A stretch of DNA of 64,000 nucleotides from Bryobacterales bacterium (GTDB taxonomy: Bacteria > Acidobacteriota > Terriglobia > Bryobacterales > Bryobacteraceae): positions 170,708 through 234,707 of the forward strand of contig CAWCTD010000004.1 in NCBI GenBank assembly GCA_963798455.1. Reading direction: 5' to 3'. The position numbers and the translations under genes are program-made. The notes under the pieces were generated by a model. It ran no database searches and was not told the origin of the DNA. It worked only from the letters and a program-made list of their open reading frames with translations. Positions 45,984-57,025 of the stretch are shown in pieces. The first letter of the stretch is position 1. The number at the start of each line of letters is the position of its first letter.

Positions 45984-48463
45984 TGGCGACCAGCACCGAC
46001 CAGGACCTTGTCAGACAGGCATTTTTCCAAACCGGGGACGCATCCCAGGTCTTCGCCGCCCGGACTGCCGCCGTCGACGGGCTGGTGGTCCGCGCGTTTG
46101 AAGAGGCGCTTCTGCCGGTGTTTCCGCAAGCGATGGCCGTGCTGGCCGTCGGCGGTTTCGGCCGCCGCGAACTGTTCCCCTATTCCGACATCGACCTGTT
46201 GCTGCTGGTGGGGCAGGAGCCCCGGCCGCAGGCCGCCCGGGACGCCCTGGCGACCTTCCTGCGCGGGCTGTGGGACCAGGGTCTGCGCCTCGGCCATTCC
46301 GTTCACACGGTGGCGGAGTGCTGCCAGGTAGACGACCGCAACATCGAGCTCACCATCAGCCTGCTGGACCAACGCTTCCTGGCCGGCGACCCCGCTTTGT
46401 ACAGCAAGCTGGTCTCGGCGCTGCCCCGTTTTTTCCACGGGCGGCGCGAGGACCTCATCCGTCACCTCTCGCGGCTGACCAGCGTCCGGCACGCCCGGTA
46501 CTCGAACACCATTTACCACATGGAGCCGAACGTCAAGGAGACGCCCGGCGGCCTGCGAGACTTCCAGTTGGTGCGGTGGCTGAGCCAGCTCCGCTCCGCT
46601 CAGCCCTACCAGATGCCCGCGCCGGAGCCTTTCCCAGAACTGGAGGAGGCCCGGAACTTTCTGGCCGCCCTTCGCTGCTATCTGCACTACCAGGCGAGCA
46701 GGGACAGCAATCTGCTCTCGTTTGACGCGCAAGAGGAGATTATCGAGCAGCCCTTTATCCGGCACCGGGACGCCTCGCTATGGATGCGGGAGTACTTTCT
46801 CCATGCGCGCCAGATCCACAGGGCCGCCATCCGCTGGATGGAGATCTCCGAGCCCAATGGGAGCGCGCTGCTCGCGCAGTTTCGGGACTGGCGAAGCCGC
46901 GTCTCGAACAGCGAGTTCACGGTCTCACGGGAACGGGTCTTCCTGAAGGCTCCTCTCATGCTGGAGCAGGACCCGGGGATGGCGCTGCGGCTGTTCGTGT
47001 TCGTGGCGCGTCACGGCATCGGCCTGGCCGCCGACACGGAGACGCGGATCATGGACCATCTGCCGTCTCTGGCGCGTCACTTCGAGCAGCCGCGGGGAGT
47101 CTGGGCCCAGGTGGAGGAGATCCTGTCGCTGCCCCACGCCAGCCTGTCGCTCCAGGCCATGCATGAGACCGGCGTGCTCGGTGCGTTGTTGCCGGAATGG
47201 GCCAACGTCGAGTGCCTGGTGGTGCGCGATTTCTACCATCGCTACACGGTGGACGAGCATACTCTGGTGGCCATACAGGCGCTGGAGGAACTGGCCAAGG
47301 CAGAGGACCCGTTGCGGCAGCGCTTTGCGGCGCTCCTGGAAGAGGTCGGGCACCGCGCGTGGCTGGCAACCGCCCTTCTGTTTCATGACACCGGGAAAGC
47401 CGCTCGCACTGGGAAGCACGTGGGCGAATCGGTCCGTCTGGCCGGGGGCGCCATGGAACGACTGGGCACGCCGGCCGAGGCACGGGCGGTGATCTGTTCT
47501 TTGATCGAGCGGCACCTGGATTTCTCAGCCATCCTCAACACGCGCGATCTGGATGAGCCCGCCACGGCCAAGTTCCTGGCGGACCGCGTCGGGACTGTGG
47601 AGAGGTTGAAGGAACTCGCTCTGGTGACGTACGCCGATGTCAGCGCGGTGAACCCGCGTGCCATGACGCCCTGGCGCCTGGAGCAGTTGTGGCGCCTGTA
47701 CGTGCTCACCCACAACGAGCTGACCCGGGAACTGGACACCGAGCGCATCGAGGCGCCTCCGGACGTCACTCCCGAAATGGCTGCCTTCCTGGCCGGCTTC
47801 CCGGCGCGCTACTTGCGGGTCCACTCCGGGGAGGAGTTGGAGGCGCACCTGGAGTTGCACCGCCGCGCGAGACAGCACGGCGTGGCCGTGGAGGTCCACA
47901 AGCGGAACGGGACCTATTCGCTCTCGGTGGCCGCGCATGACCGGCCCTTTCTGCTCGCCTCCATCGCCGGGGCGCTGGCCGGCTTCGGCATGAATATCCT
48001 GAAGGCAGACGCCTTCGGCAACCGCCAGGGCATGATCCTGGACACCTTCGCCTTCGAGGACCCCAAACGCACGCTGGAGTTGAATCCGACCGAGGTGGAC
48101 CGGCTGCGCCTCACGCTGGAGCGCATCCTTCTGGGCAGGGCGGACGTGAAGCAGCTCTTGCAGAACAGGCCCAAGCCTGCCCCGCCCACCAAACACTCGC
48201 GGATCAGGCCCTCGGTGACCTTCGAACCCGAGGCTTCGGCCACGTCGACGTTGATCGAAGTGATCGCCGAAGACCGGCCGGGCCTGCTTTACGACCTGAC
48301 ACAGACGATCTCGTCGGCCGGGTGCAACATCGAGGTGGTCCTCATCGACACCGAGGCGCACAGGGCTGTGGACGTGTTCTACGTGACCGCCGGCGGCGGG
48401 AAGCTCTCCCTGGACCAGCAGGCCGCCCTGAAAGAAAACCTGCTCAAAGCCTGCCGGGGGTGA
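45983..48463 (+). CDS. glnD: [protein-PII] uridylyltransferase/uridylyl-removing enzyme
   Basis: It has a nucleotidyltransferase domain (GGFGRRELFPYSDIDLLLL), an HD domain (LLFHDTGKA) and two C-terminal ACT domains. Its start overlaps the glnK stop (TGATG). Confidence 0.9.
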   Translation: MATSTDQDLVRQAFFQTGDASQVFAARTAAVDGLVVRAFEEALLPVFPQAMAVLAVGGFGRRELFPYSDIDLLLLVGQEPRPQAARDALATFLRGLWDQGLRLGHSVHTVAECCQVDDRNIELTISLLDQRFLAGDPALYSKLVSALPRFFHGRREDLIRHLSRLTSVRHARYSNTIYHMEPNVKETPGGLRDFQLVRWLSQLRSAQPYQMPAPEPFPELEEARNFLAALRCYLHYQASRDSNLLSFDAQEEIIEQPFIRHRDASLWMREYFLHARQIHRAAIRWMEISEPNGSALLAQFRDWRSRVSNSEFTVSRERVFLKAPLMLEQDPGMALRLFVFVARHGIGLAADTETRIMDHLPSLARHFEQPRGVWAQVEEILSLPHASLSLQAMHETGVLGALLPEWANVECLVVRDFYHRYTVDEHTLVAIQALEELAKAEDPLRQRFAALLEEVGHRAWLATALLFHDTGKAARTGKHVGESVRLAGGAMERLGTPAEARAVICSLIERHLDFSAILNTRDLDEPATAKFLADRVGTVERLKELALVTYADVSAVNPRAMTPWRLEQLWRLYVLTHNELTRELDTERIEAPPDVTPEMAAFLAGFPARYLRVHSGEELEAHLELHRRARQHGVAVEVHKRNGTYSLSVAAHDRPFLLASIAGALAGFGMNILKADAFGNRQGMILDTFAFEDPKRTLELNPTEVDRLRLTLERILLGRADVKQLLQNRPKPAPPTKHSRIRPSVTFEPEASATSTLIEVIAEDRPGLLYDLTQTISSAGCNIEVVLIDTEAHRAVDVFYVTAGGGKLSLDQQAALKENLLKACRG

Positions 48464-48472
48464 AGGCGCCGG
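48427..48472 (+). repeat. direct repeat copy 1 (covers the last 9 codons of glnD plus the stop)
   Basis: cctgaaagaaaacctgctcaaagcctgc is identical at 48427-48454 and 49264-49291. The following ~18 nt (cgggggtgaaggcgccgg vs gtggggtgagaccgccaccgg) are similar. Confidence 0.85.
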
Positions 48473-48527
48473 TAGCCATCCAGCAGCCGTCCCCGCGGGC
48501 AGGCCGCTCGGACTATCATGAGATCGA

Positions 48528-48848
48528 ATGGGTGTTGAAGAGAGCCTGCTGACGGAGATTGTCCGACGCGTTCTGGGTGCAGTGCGGCCCGACAGGATTA
48601 TTCTGTTCGGCTCGGCTGCGACCGGCCAGATGACGAAGGACAGCGATATCGATCTGCTCGTCGTTGATCCCGCCCCACGTAACACACGGGAGGAGAGCGT
48701 CAGAATCCGGCGGGCACTGGGAGACGTCGGATATCCCGTTGACGTAATCGTGATCGCGACGGAGCGATTCGAGGCGACGAAGAACATCATTGGCGGCATC
48801 GCCTACCCGGCAAACAAGTACGGACGGATTCTGTATGAGTCCGCCTAA
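48528..48848 (+). CDS. MNT-type nucleotidyltransferase (antitoxin of a HEPN/MNT module)
   Basis: 106 aa with the minimal nucleotidyltransferase motif GSAATGQMTKDSDIDLLVV. Confidence 0.8.
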   Translation: MGVEESLLTEIVRRVLGAVRPDRIILFGSAATGQMTKDSDIDLLVVDPAPRNTREESVRIRRALGDVGYPVDVIVIATERFEATKNIIGGIAYPANKYGRILYESA

Positions 48849-49254
48849 CGAGGTCCTGCGAGGCCTGGTCTTGCAGTGGGTCGGCAAGGCCAATGAGGAC
48901 CTCGATGCAGCCGTCCACCTTCTCAGCGAAGGTGAGCGCTTCCGCGGGGTGATTGCCTTCCACTGCCAGCAGGCCGTGGAGAAATACCTGAAGGCGTTGC
49001 TGGTGAGGCACCAAGTCGACTTCTCCAAGACACATGATCTCGGGAAACTTCTGGGCAGCGTAGCTGCCATCGATCCGGTCATAGCGGCCGAATTGCAGGA
49101 GGCGGACCTGCTCACACCTTACGGCGTGGAAGTGCGCTACCCCAGTGACGCGCCAGGACTCCTTCCCGGCGACGAAGCGGCCGCGGTCGAGCTCGCGCGC
49201 CGCACGAAGGCGGCGGTGCTGGCGTTGTTGGAGCCCTTTCTCTCCGGACGGTGA
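48835..49254 (+). CDS. HEPN domain protein (toxin of HEPN/MNT module)
   Basis: It starts MSPPNEVLRGL and overlaps the MNT gene by 14 nt. HEPN-like helices with the R-x4-6-H motif region (EVRYPSD..). Confidence 0.75.
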   Translation: MSPPNEVLRGLVLQWVGKANEDLDAAVHLLSEGERFRGVIAFHCQQAVEKYLKALLVRHQVDFSKTHDLGKLLGSVAAIDPVIAAELQEADLLTPYGVEVRYPSDAPGLLPGDEAAAVELARRTKAAVLALLEPFLSGR

Positions 49255-49263
49255 TCGATCGGG

Positions 49264-49312
49264 CCTGAAAGAAAACCTGCTCAAAGCCTGCGTGGGGTGA
49301 GACCGCCACCGG
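49264..49312 (+). repeat. direct repeat copy 2 (encodes the same LKENLLKAC-x-G-stop peptide tail as the glnD 3' end)
   Basis: See copy 1. Copy 2 also ends with an in-frame TGA at the equivalent position. Confidence 0.85.
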
Positions 49313-49327
49313 CAGGCCGTGATGCCA

Positions 49328-50725
49328 TTACCGGCTGTTGACCGGCTTGCCGTTCTCATCCAGGTGCGGGTACGCGCCGCCGGGAGCGAAGTCCACGAGG
49401 ATGAATTTGTCGAATTGCGGCGTCGGCTCGAAATAACCCGGCACGCGCAGATGCTGCTTGCACACCTCTTCGTTCAGCTCCACTCCCAAGCCCGGCGAAT
49501 TCGGGACGGGGATGTAGCCGCTCTGGATGATGGGCTTGGACGGGCCCGTGACCAAGTCACCCCACCAGGGGATATCCACGGCGTGGTTTTCCATGGCGAC
49601 GAAGTCCCGGATGGTGGCGATCATGTGAACAATCGCCATGCAGCCCACCGGCGAGCCGGCAAAGTGGATCGCGGTGGGGATCTTGAACATGGAAGCGTAC
49701 TCGGAGATGCGCTTGGTCTCGCGGATGGCGCCGGAGGTCTCCGGGTCGGGATGGATGATATCGACGGCCCGGTTCTCGATGAACGGCTGGAAGCCCTCCT
49801 CCAGCCCGAAAAGTCCCTCGCCCATGGCGATGGGCGTCGTGGTGGATTCCTTGATCTCCTTGTATCCGCGCCAATCGGTGAGGTCCGCTTCCCCTCTGCC
49901 GTGGAACAGATCTTGTAGCATGTCTTCCGCCCAAGCAAGCTGGTACGGTTCGAAGGCCCTGGCGTACCGGATACAGTCGTTGATCGAGATATTGCCGAAG
50001 TGATCCGCCGCCAGCGGCGCGTCCCAACCGATCCCGTCGCGCACCGCCTGGATGTACTCGCACATCAGCTTCAGGCCTTTGTCGGTTGCCGCGCCATTGT
50101 TGTTCACCGCGCCAGGTACGTTCGAAACCAGGCGGGTGCCCAGGTCCATCTTGAAGAAGGTGAAGCCCTTCTTCTTGCGCTCCACCAGACGCTCCGCGAA
50201 CACCTTGGGGTCATTGCTCTGCGGAGTATCACAGTAGATCCGCACGCGGTCGCGCCACTTCGAGCCCACCAGGCGCCAGCAGGGAACGCCGTAGACCTTG
50301 CCCGCGATATCGTGCAGCGCGATGTCCACGGCGCTGTAGCCGCCACCCAGGTGCTGGTGGTTGGAAAACTTGCGAATCCTCTCCAGGTTCGGTTCGATGT
50401 CCAAAGGGTTGCGGCCGACCAAGTGTGGCTTCAAGACCAGCGCAATCCCCTCGTTGGCGGCATCCCGGACCTCGCCCAGCCCGTAGACGCCCTGGTTGGT
50501 GTCGATGCGGATGATCGGATAGTCGAAATTGGACGCGATTCGAATCGCCCGCATGTCCGTGATCTTCAGTTCGCTGGGCGCCGAGTTCCTGTTCACGCCC
50601 CCGGCCTGAAGAGGCTGAGCGTTGGCGGGCACGTCCACCAACTTGAGGGCCGCGCCTGCCCCGGCCAGCCCGGCGGCGCGTTCGAACAACTCGCGGCGGC
50701 TCATGCGCGATCTTGGAAATGACAT
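49328..50725 (-). CDS. Tat-exported enolase-superfamily enzyme (mandelate racemase/muconate lactonizing enzyme family)
   Basis: 465 aa with a twin-arginine signal (SRRELFERAAGLAGAGAAL) and MR/MLE N- and C-terminal domain patterns (KMDLG, metal-binding D/E/D region). Confidence 0.75.
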   Translation of the reverse strand: MSFPRSRMSRRELFERAAGLAGAGAALKLVDVPANAQPLQAGGVNRNSAPSELKITDMRAIRIASNFDYPIIRIDTNQGVYGLGEVRDAANEGIALVLKPHLVGRNPLDIEPNLERIRKFSNHQHLGGGYSAVDIALHDIAGKVYGVPCWRLVGSKWRDRVRIYCDTPQSNDPKVFAERLVERKKKGFTFFKMDLGTRLVSNVPGAVNNNGAATDKGLKLMCEYIQAVRDGIGWDAPLAADHFGNISINDCIRYARAFEPYQLAWAEDMLQDLFHGRGEADLTDWRGYKEIKESTTTPIAMGEGLFGLEEGFQPFIENRAVDIIHPDPETSGAIRETKRISEYASMFKIPTAIHFAGSPVGCMAIVHMIATIRDFVAMENHAVDIPWWGDLVTGPSKPIIQSGYIPVPNSPGLGVELNEEVCKQHLRVPGYFEPTPQFDKFILVDFAPGGAYPHLDENGKPVNSR

Positions 50726-50753
50726 GCAGTTCCTCCTGTAAATAGACTCTGAC

Positions 50754-51734
50754 CTACCGCTGCCTCTTCGGCTCCGGAACTATCTCGATCGGGCTCCAAG
50801 TACCTTTGACCTTTTGGAACGGATAGCGCGACCTAACGGCTAAAATGAACGGGTTCTCCCCGGTCTTGTCCCGGTAGAAGCCGACGGTGGCGTTCACGCG
50901 AAAGAAATACGCATCGCCGGCCTTCACCGGATACCGGCCCTCGGTGGCAGTCGGCCCGCCGCCCGTGGCCATCTCGCCATGCCCCCGCAGGATGAAATAG
51001 ATCTCCTCTTCCTGGTCGTGCGCGTGAGGAAAATTGTCGATGCCGGGATCGAACTCCATCAGGAAAAGGCTCGTTACGATATGGGCGGCCACGAGCTTGT
51101 CCCTGGTGCTTCCCTTGTCCCCCAGCAGCAGCTTGAACTTGGTCCCCGGACCGTGGGTCGGCTCGACCTCCACGTCCGTCGCATTCGCCATCAGGAGCTT
51201 GGGAGTCGGCTGGATCTCCATGGATCCGGGAATATGGAAGCCCATGACCAGCAGCCGGCATGGCGCCTTCGAGGAATTGGAGACGCCGTGTTTGACTTCC
51301 ACCGGCAGATAGACGAAGTCGTCCGCTTTCAGCGGGACCTTCTGGTCGCCGTACAGGAGCGTGCCGGTTCCCTCCAGGATGTAGTAAATCTGCTCTTCCT
51401 CCGGATAGCTGACGATTGCGCTGGCTCCGCCCGCGTCCACCGTCAGTTCACCGTACCGAACCACTCCTCGAAGAATCCGTGGGCCGGAATCCCCTGGGCC
51501 ATACATGGGTTTGTAGTGCGCGGTCGCGGTGGTGAAATCGACGGCCTTCTCCTGGATTTCGGACAACGTCCGCCGCAGAAAAGTCGGGCTCGGGCTCCGG
51601 GGCCCGCTTGGCCCGCGACGGGCTCCGGCCGGAGGTCCCTGCAGAACAGCAGGGTCCGCGGCAAGTGACGCAAAACCTGCGCAAAGAAACACGAACACGA
51701 GTCGATTGGACGAGGCAGTAGACATGCTGTCCAT
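50754..51734 (-). CDS. secreted bicupin domain protein
   Basis: The ORF is open to 52355, but that N-terminal part overlaps the threonine aldolase gene and is Arg/Pro-rich junk. The plausible start is MDSMSTASSNRLVFVFLCAGFASLA (ATG is the complement of 51732-51734). Two cupin motifs are present (YYILEGTG...; YFILRGHGE). Confidence 0.65.
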   Translation of the reverse strand: MDSMSTASSNRLVFVFLCAGFASLAADPAVLQGPPAGARRGPSGPRSPSPTFLRRTLSEIQEKAVDFTTATAHYKPMYGPGDSGPRILRGVVRYGELTVDAGGASAIVSYPEEEQIYYILEGTGTLLYGDQKVPLKADDFVYLPVEVKHGVSNSSKAPCRLLVMGFHIPGSMEIQPTPKLLMANATDVEVEPTHGPGTKFKLLLGDKGSTRDKLVAAHIVTSLFLMEFDPGIDNFPHAHDQEEEIYFILRGHGEMATGGGPTATEGRYPVKAGDAYFFRVNATVGFYRDKTGENPFILAVRSRYPFQKVKGTWSPIEIVPEPKRQR

Positions 51735-51781
51735 ACTAGTCCTCTTTGTGAGGGGCCCGCCACTCGCCGGAGACGGAAAGA

Positions 51782-52827
<1,046 letters not shown>

Positions 52828-52831
<4 letters not shown>

Positions 52832-53925
52832 ACGTTGATGAACTCCTGAAACACTTCATTGGAAACGAGCACGCCGTGCTCGGTCAGCCGGAGGGTCTCC
52901 CCGTCCGAGGTGAGAAGGCCGGCATCGAGGAACCGCCGGATGGGTTCGTCGAACCTGAGCCACTCTTCCCGAGTCGGCCGGATGCCTTCGCTCAGCCGCA
53001 GCCCCACGAAGAATCGCTCCTCGTCCACTCGGGCGGGAGTCTCGGCCGACTTCACCGATTCGCCCCTCTGGGATCGCAACACATACTCTTCGGGCGACTC
53101 CACGTTCTGGCCGCGGGTCTCGCCGTCGAAGGAATGGGCGTCGGCACCGAACCCAAGGTACGGTTCCAATCGCCAGTACTTCAGGTTGTGGCGTGACTGG
53201 AAGCCGGGCCGGGCGAAGTTCGAGATCTCGTAACGGCCGAGGCCCATCCGGCGGAGGTGCTCGACGGCGGCCTGGTACAGATCGGCGGTGGCGTCCTCGG
53301 AGGGCACATTGGGGGCTCCGTAGCGCGCACCGCCTTGAAGAATCTCGCGTCCGAGGCGGCTATCCTCGTCGATCTCGAGCATGTAGACCGAGACGTGCGG
53401 TGCCTGGAGGCGGTCGATCCAGTCGAGGGACTCGCGCCAGCTTTGCGGAGTCTGCCCGGGCAGGCCGGCGATCAGGTCGAGGTTGAAGTTCTCGACGCCG
53501 GCCTCACGAAGAATCGCCACTTCGTCCGCGACCGTCTGGGCATCGTGCCGGCGGCCGGTGCGGGCCAGTTCACCCGACACGAAGGACTGCACACCCAGGC
53601 TTACGCGGTTGAGGCCCATACCGTGCCAGGATGCGGCCTTCGCGGGGGTGACCGTGCCCGGAGCCGCTTCGATGGTCGCCTCCACCCACGGGCGGCCGGG
53701 GACCACGGTTAGCAGGCTCTCTAGCGCTTCGGCGCGGAGGTCGCCAGGTGACCCGCCGCCGAGGTACACGGTCTCGGGGAGCCATGGCCACTCGTGGCTC
53801 TCTATCTCCGCGCGCAACGCGGCCAGGTACCTCTCGGCGAGAGATTGCGGGAAGACGCCCGAGACGAAATTGCAGTAGGTACACTTCTGCCCGCAGAAGG
53901 GGTACGAAATGTAGACGCCGGCCAT
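52828..53925 (-). CDS. hemW: radical SAM heme chaperone HemW (HemN-like, oxygen-independent coproporphyrinogen III oxidase family)
   Basis: 365 aa with a CxxxCxYC radical SAM motif ([10 protein letters not shown]), a GGGSPG motif and a HemN C-terminal domain. Confidence 0.85.
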
Positions 53926-53930
53926 GCGGC

Positions 53931-54281
53931 TCAGAGGCTCACATCGTCACCGACGAGCCGGCTGATCGTCTCCTCGAGCAATTCCTGCAGGGTCTGGCCT
54001 GTCGGTTCCAGGACGAAGGCGTTCTCCACGATGTCCCAATCCAACTTGCACTTCTTTGCGCTGGACGTGAACCAGAGTTGCTCGGTGGCGGGGTGCTCGG
54101 TCACCACGATCGACGTATCTTGCTCCTCGAATTCGATGGTCAGAACACCGGGATCGAGGCTCGCCTCAAAACCGAAATCATCCCCCGCGGTGGACAGCCT
54201 GCGAACGAGCGAGTTCAGCGTCTCCTCGGCGTTCGTCGCGAAGTGCGAGTGCTCCTTCATAACTGCTGCAAGCATCTCCAA
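53931..54281 (-). CDS. cyaY: frataxin-like iron-binding protein CyaY
   Basis: 116 aa with a CyaY pattern (GVLTIEFEEQDTSIVVTEHPATEQLWFTS..KLDWD). A start at the internal Met (MKEHSHF, 54260) is possible. Confidence 0.68.
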   Translation of the reverse strand: MEMLAAVMKEHSHFATNAEETLNSLVRRLSTAGDDFGFEASLDPGVLTIEFEEQDTSIVVTEHPATEQLWFTSSAKKCKLDWDIVENAFVLEPTGQTLQELLEETISRLVGDDVSL

Positions 54282-54341
54282 ATTAACAGAAAAATCGGAC
54301 TTTGTGGAGAGTTTCTGCGTCTGCTAACCTTGAATCTCCGC

Positions 54342-55889
54342 ATGCAGGCGATCCCGCTCCCCCAAACGGATTTCCCCGGTACGAGCCGCCTGTTCACGGA
54401 TTATTCCCGCCATTTCGATAGAGTACAAGCTTTCTACGATCTATCCCCAAGGGAATCATCCAGTTACGCGGAGGCAGCCGAAGCGGCCGAGTATCCTGAC
54501 GAGCGCCGCGCGGCGCTGGTGGAGGCTCTGGCCGAGCAGAACGGGGGCCATGCCTCCCTGGCCTTGCTGGCCCGCCGGGGGACCTGCGTCGTCGCGACCG
54601 GGCAGCAGGTCGGTCTGTTCTCAGGGCCTGCTTATACGATTTACAAGGCACTGACCGCGGCCAAGCTCGCCCGCCAGCTCACTGGACAAGGCATCCCGGC
54701 GGTGCCGGTCTTCTGGATGGCTACGGAGGACCACGATCTGGAGGAGGTCAATCACTGTTGGGCCTTCGATGTCGCGCATCATCCGCTGCGAATCGAGGCG
54801 GCCACGAGCGGCCATGCTCAGGAGCCGGTGGGGCGGGTCCCGGTTGGCGGCGCTCCGGTGGAAGAGTTGCGGCGGGTAATTTCTGACTTCCCATTCGCCG
54901 GTGAAGTGCTCGCCATGGCAGAGGAGGCGTACGCGCCCGGCAGTGCGTTCGGTGAAGCATTCGCGTCGCTGCTGAAAAGGTTGCTAGCTGGGCATGGCGT
55001 GCTCCTTCTGGACCCGCTCCAGCCAGCTGTGCGGAAGCTGGCCGCGCCCTTGCTCCGCAGGGCGGCCGAAGCAGCGCCTTCTCTGGCTGAGTTGTTGCTG
55101 AATAGAAAGTCGCAACTGGAGGCAGCCGGCTACCACGCGCAGGTACACGTCGAGGAGGGCAGCTCGCTCTTGTTCCTTCTGGAGGGCGGGCGCAGGCTCC
55201 CGCTGCGGGGACAAGATGCCAGGCTGGGCGCGGCCGATCGCGCGGAGGATCTATCTCCCAACGCCTTGTTGCGGCCTGTGGTGCAGGACTACCTACTGCC
55301 GACCGTGGCCAGCGTCATGGGACCCGCCGAAGTTGCGTACATGGCCCAGGCGCAAGTGCTCTATCGGGAACTTCTCGGCCGGCAGCCCGTCGTGGTCAGC
55401 CGCGCGAGCTTCACGCTGGCGGACGCGCGATGCGGCAAGCTGATGGATCGGTACGGTCTATCGCTGCCGAGTTTTTTTCAGGGGGAGGAAGCTGTCCGCA
55501 CGCGGATTGCCCAGAAGTTGGTCCCGCCAGCGCTGGAGCAAAGCCTGGAGGAAACCGCATCCACGACCGATGACCGGCTCGAACGGCTGCGGGCGGACTT
55601 GATGGGCTTCGATCCCACATTGGCGGAGGCCATGGACCGAAGCCGGCGCAAGATCCTCTACCAGATTCGCAAGCTCGCGCGCAAAGCCGGACGGGAGGCG
55701 CTGCGGCGCGACCAGCGGGTGGCCGGGGAAGCTGAGTATCTGTACGGGTTGCTCTGCCCCCGCGGGCAGCCCCAGGAGCGTGTGTACTCGATCCTGCCCT
55801 TCCTGGCAAAGCACGGACTCGGCTTGATCGACGAGATCTATCAGAACGTCCGTCTGGACTCGCCCGACCACCAACTTCTCGTGGTCTAG
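54342..55889 (+). CDS. BshC-like (UPF0747/YllA family) putative cysteine-adding enzyme
   Basis: 515 aa; the start is taken from the long ORF 53748..55889. Family-typical motifs: TGQQVGLFSGPAYTIYKALTAAKLA, VFWMATEDHDLEEVNH. Confidence 0.6.
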   Translation: MQAIPLPQTDFPGTSRLFTDYSRHFDRVQAFYDLSPRESSSYAEAAEAAEYPDERRAALVEALAEQNGGHASLALLARRGTCVVATGQQVGLFSGPAYTIYKALTAAKLARQLTGQGIPAVPVFWMATEDHDLEEVNHCWAFDVAHHPLRIEAATSGHAQEPVGRVPVGGAPVEELRRVISDFPFAGEVLAMAEEAYAPGSAFGEAFASLLKRLLAGHGVLLLDPLQPAVRKLAAPLLRRAAEAAPSLAELLLNRKSQLEAAGYHAQVHVEEGSSLLFLLEGGRRLPLRGQDARLGAADRAEDLSPNALLRPVVQDYLLPTVASVMGPAEVAYMAQAQVLYRELLGRQPVVVSRASFTLADARCGKLMDRYGLSLPSFFQGEEAVRTRIAQKLVPPALEQSLEETASTTDDRLERLRADLMGFDPTLAEAMDRSRRKILYQIRKLARKAGREALRRDQRVAGEAEYLYGLLCPRGQPQERVYSILPFLAKHGLGLIDEIYQNVRLDSPDHQLLVV

Positions 55890-55935
55890 CGGTTGTTATA
55901 CTTGTTGAGTGTGCGCGGCACGCGCCCACGCTCTC

Positions 55936-56023
55936 GCCGGAGTGGCGGAATGGCAGACGCAGCAGACTCAAAATCTGCCGAGGATCACTCCTCGTGAGGG
56001 TTCAACTCCCTCCTCCGGCACCA
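55936..56023 (+). tRNA. tRNA-Leu (anticodon CAA), class II with long variable arm, CCA encoded
   Basis: The 7-bp acceptor stem gccggag/ctccggc, D-arm, anticodon loop cuCAAaa, a long variable stem-loop, T-arm ggttcaactcc and a 3' ACCA were folded by hand. Confidence 0.82.
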
Positions 56024-56057
56024 CGTGAACCACGTGCTAAAGGCGGGAGATGGGCCT

Positions 56058-56405
56058 TCATCGGCGTCGCTCCAGGAGGGCAACCAGCTTGCCTGCCGCC
56101 AGTTCGTGAAGATCAAGAGCCGGTATGCCTGTCGCCTTGAGCCTCCCAAGCGTGTGGGAATCAATCCTGCGAGGGGGCCACAGCGGCACCCGAAACATGT
56201 AGTTGATGTCGAGTTTCAGGTTGGCGTCACCGCCCAGGCCGCTTTCGAAGCGGAGCGCGAATCGGCCACCGGCATGTTCGCCGGGTACCCTCGTGACGAG
56301 GAGGCCCTCCCTCCGACAGACAGCCATGAGGGCCTCCTCCAATCGAGGTCTTTCAGCCTGCATCCTCCGATGTGAACCCCGGGTGCATGGAATGGGCTTT
56401 GCCAT
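56058..56405 (-). pseudogene. AbiEii-like nucleotidyltransferase toxin, truncated remnant (115 codons)
   Basis: GGRFALRFESGLGGDANLKLDINY (GGTAL...D.D motif region) and ALDLHELAAGKLVALLERRR. It is much shorter than intact AbiEii (~280 aa) and ends 35 nt from the tRNA. Confidence 0.45.
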
Positions 56406-56858
56406 GAAATTCCAACGCCGTATGGTACGCCAGAGTGGAATCCGCGGTCATCTTGCCTGCGACCAGGTAAGGATCAACCGCGTAGGATTCGGGCTTGGCA
56501 GCACCGGCACCGTTCCACAGATGCCTCGCCGCACGCGCACGAGGCGCCCTGACCGAACGTAGTGGGCTAACAGCGACTCCTGAGCGCGCGGGTTGCTCGA
56601 GCGAAGTGATCCGGGCCGCGAACCGAACTCCGATATTCGAAACACCGGGTGCTGTGGGAAGAACCCTTGCACTTCTGTTGACATACCGGCGCAAAACCCA
56701 AGTGTCGGGCCGGACGGCGCACGATGCACTGCTTGCAGGCATCCCGCAACTGGCACTTCTTGATCCCCTTCAGGACAGTGTCTGTGTGTACCGAGCCGAG
56801 TTCCGCCGCCTCGCCTGTGGTGAGGTGCCGATATTCGCTGCCAGACATTTGAGGACAT
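56353..56858 (-). pseudogene. AbiEi-like type IV antitoxin; frameshifted and truncated
   Basis: The N-terminal motif LLAHYVRSGRLVRVRRGICGTVP is in ORF 56448..56858. The downstream motif STLAYHTALEFHGKA is in the overlapping ORF 56353..56742 in another frame. The frames switch near 56500. Confidence 0.45.
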
Positions 56859-57025
56859 CCGGAATTTATGGTTTGCGCATCCTGTTCAACCTACAATCGA
56901 TTTGGCACGGTTTTTATCGTTTTATCGTTGACATCTGGCAATACATGTCGCGAAATCCGGATGAAGGGTATAATCGATGCCTGTCAGGATGGGAAAACGG
57001 AAATCCTGGCGAAGGGGGGTCCGCC

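Noticed and set aside
56880-56960. Sigma-70 promoter (TTGACA ... TATAAT) in the AT-richer stretch
   Set aside because: The TTGACA and TATAAT elements are 35 nt apart, far from the 16-18 nt optimum. It is kept only as a remark inside the island finding.
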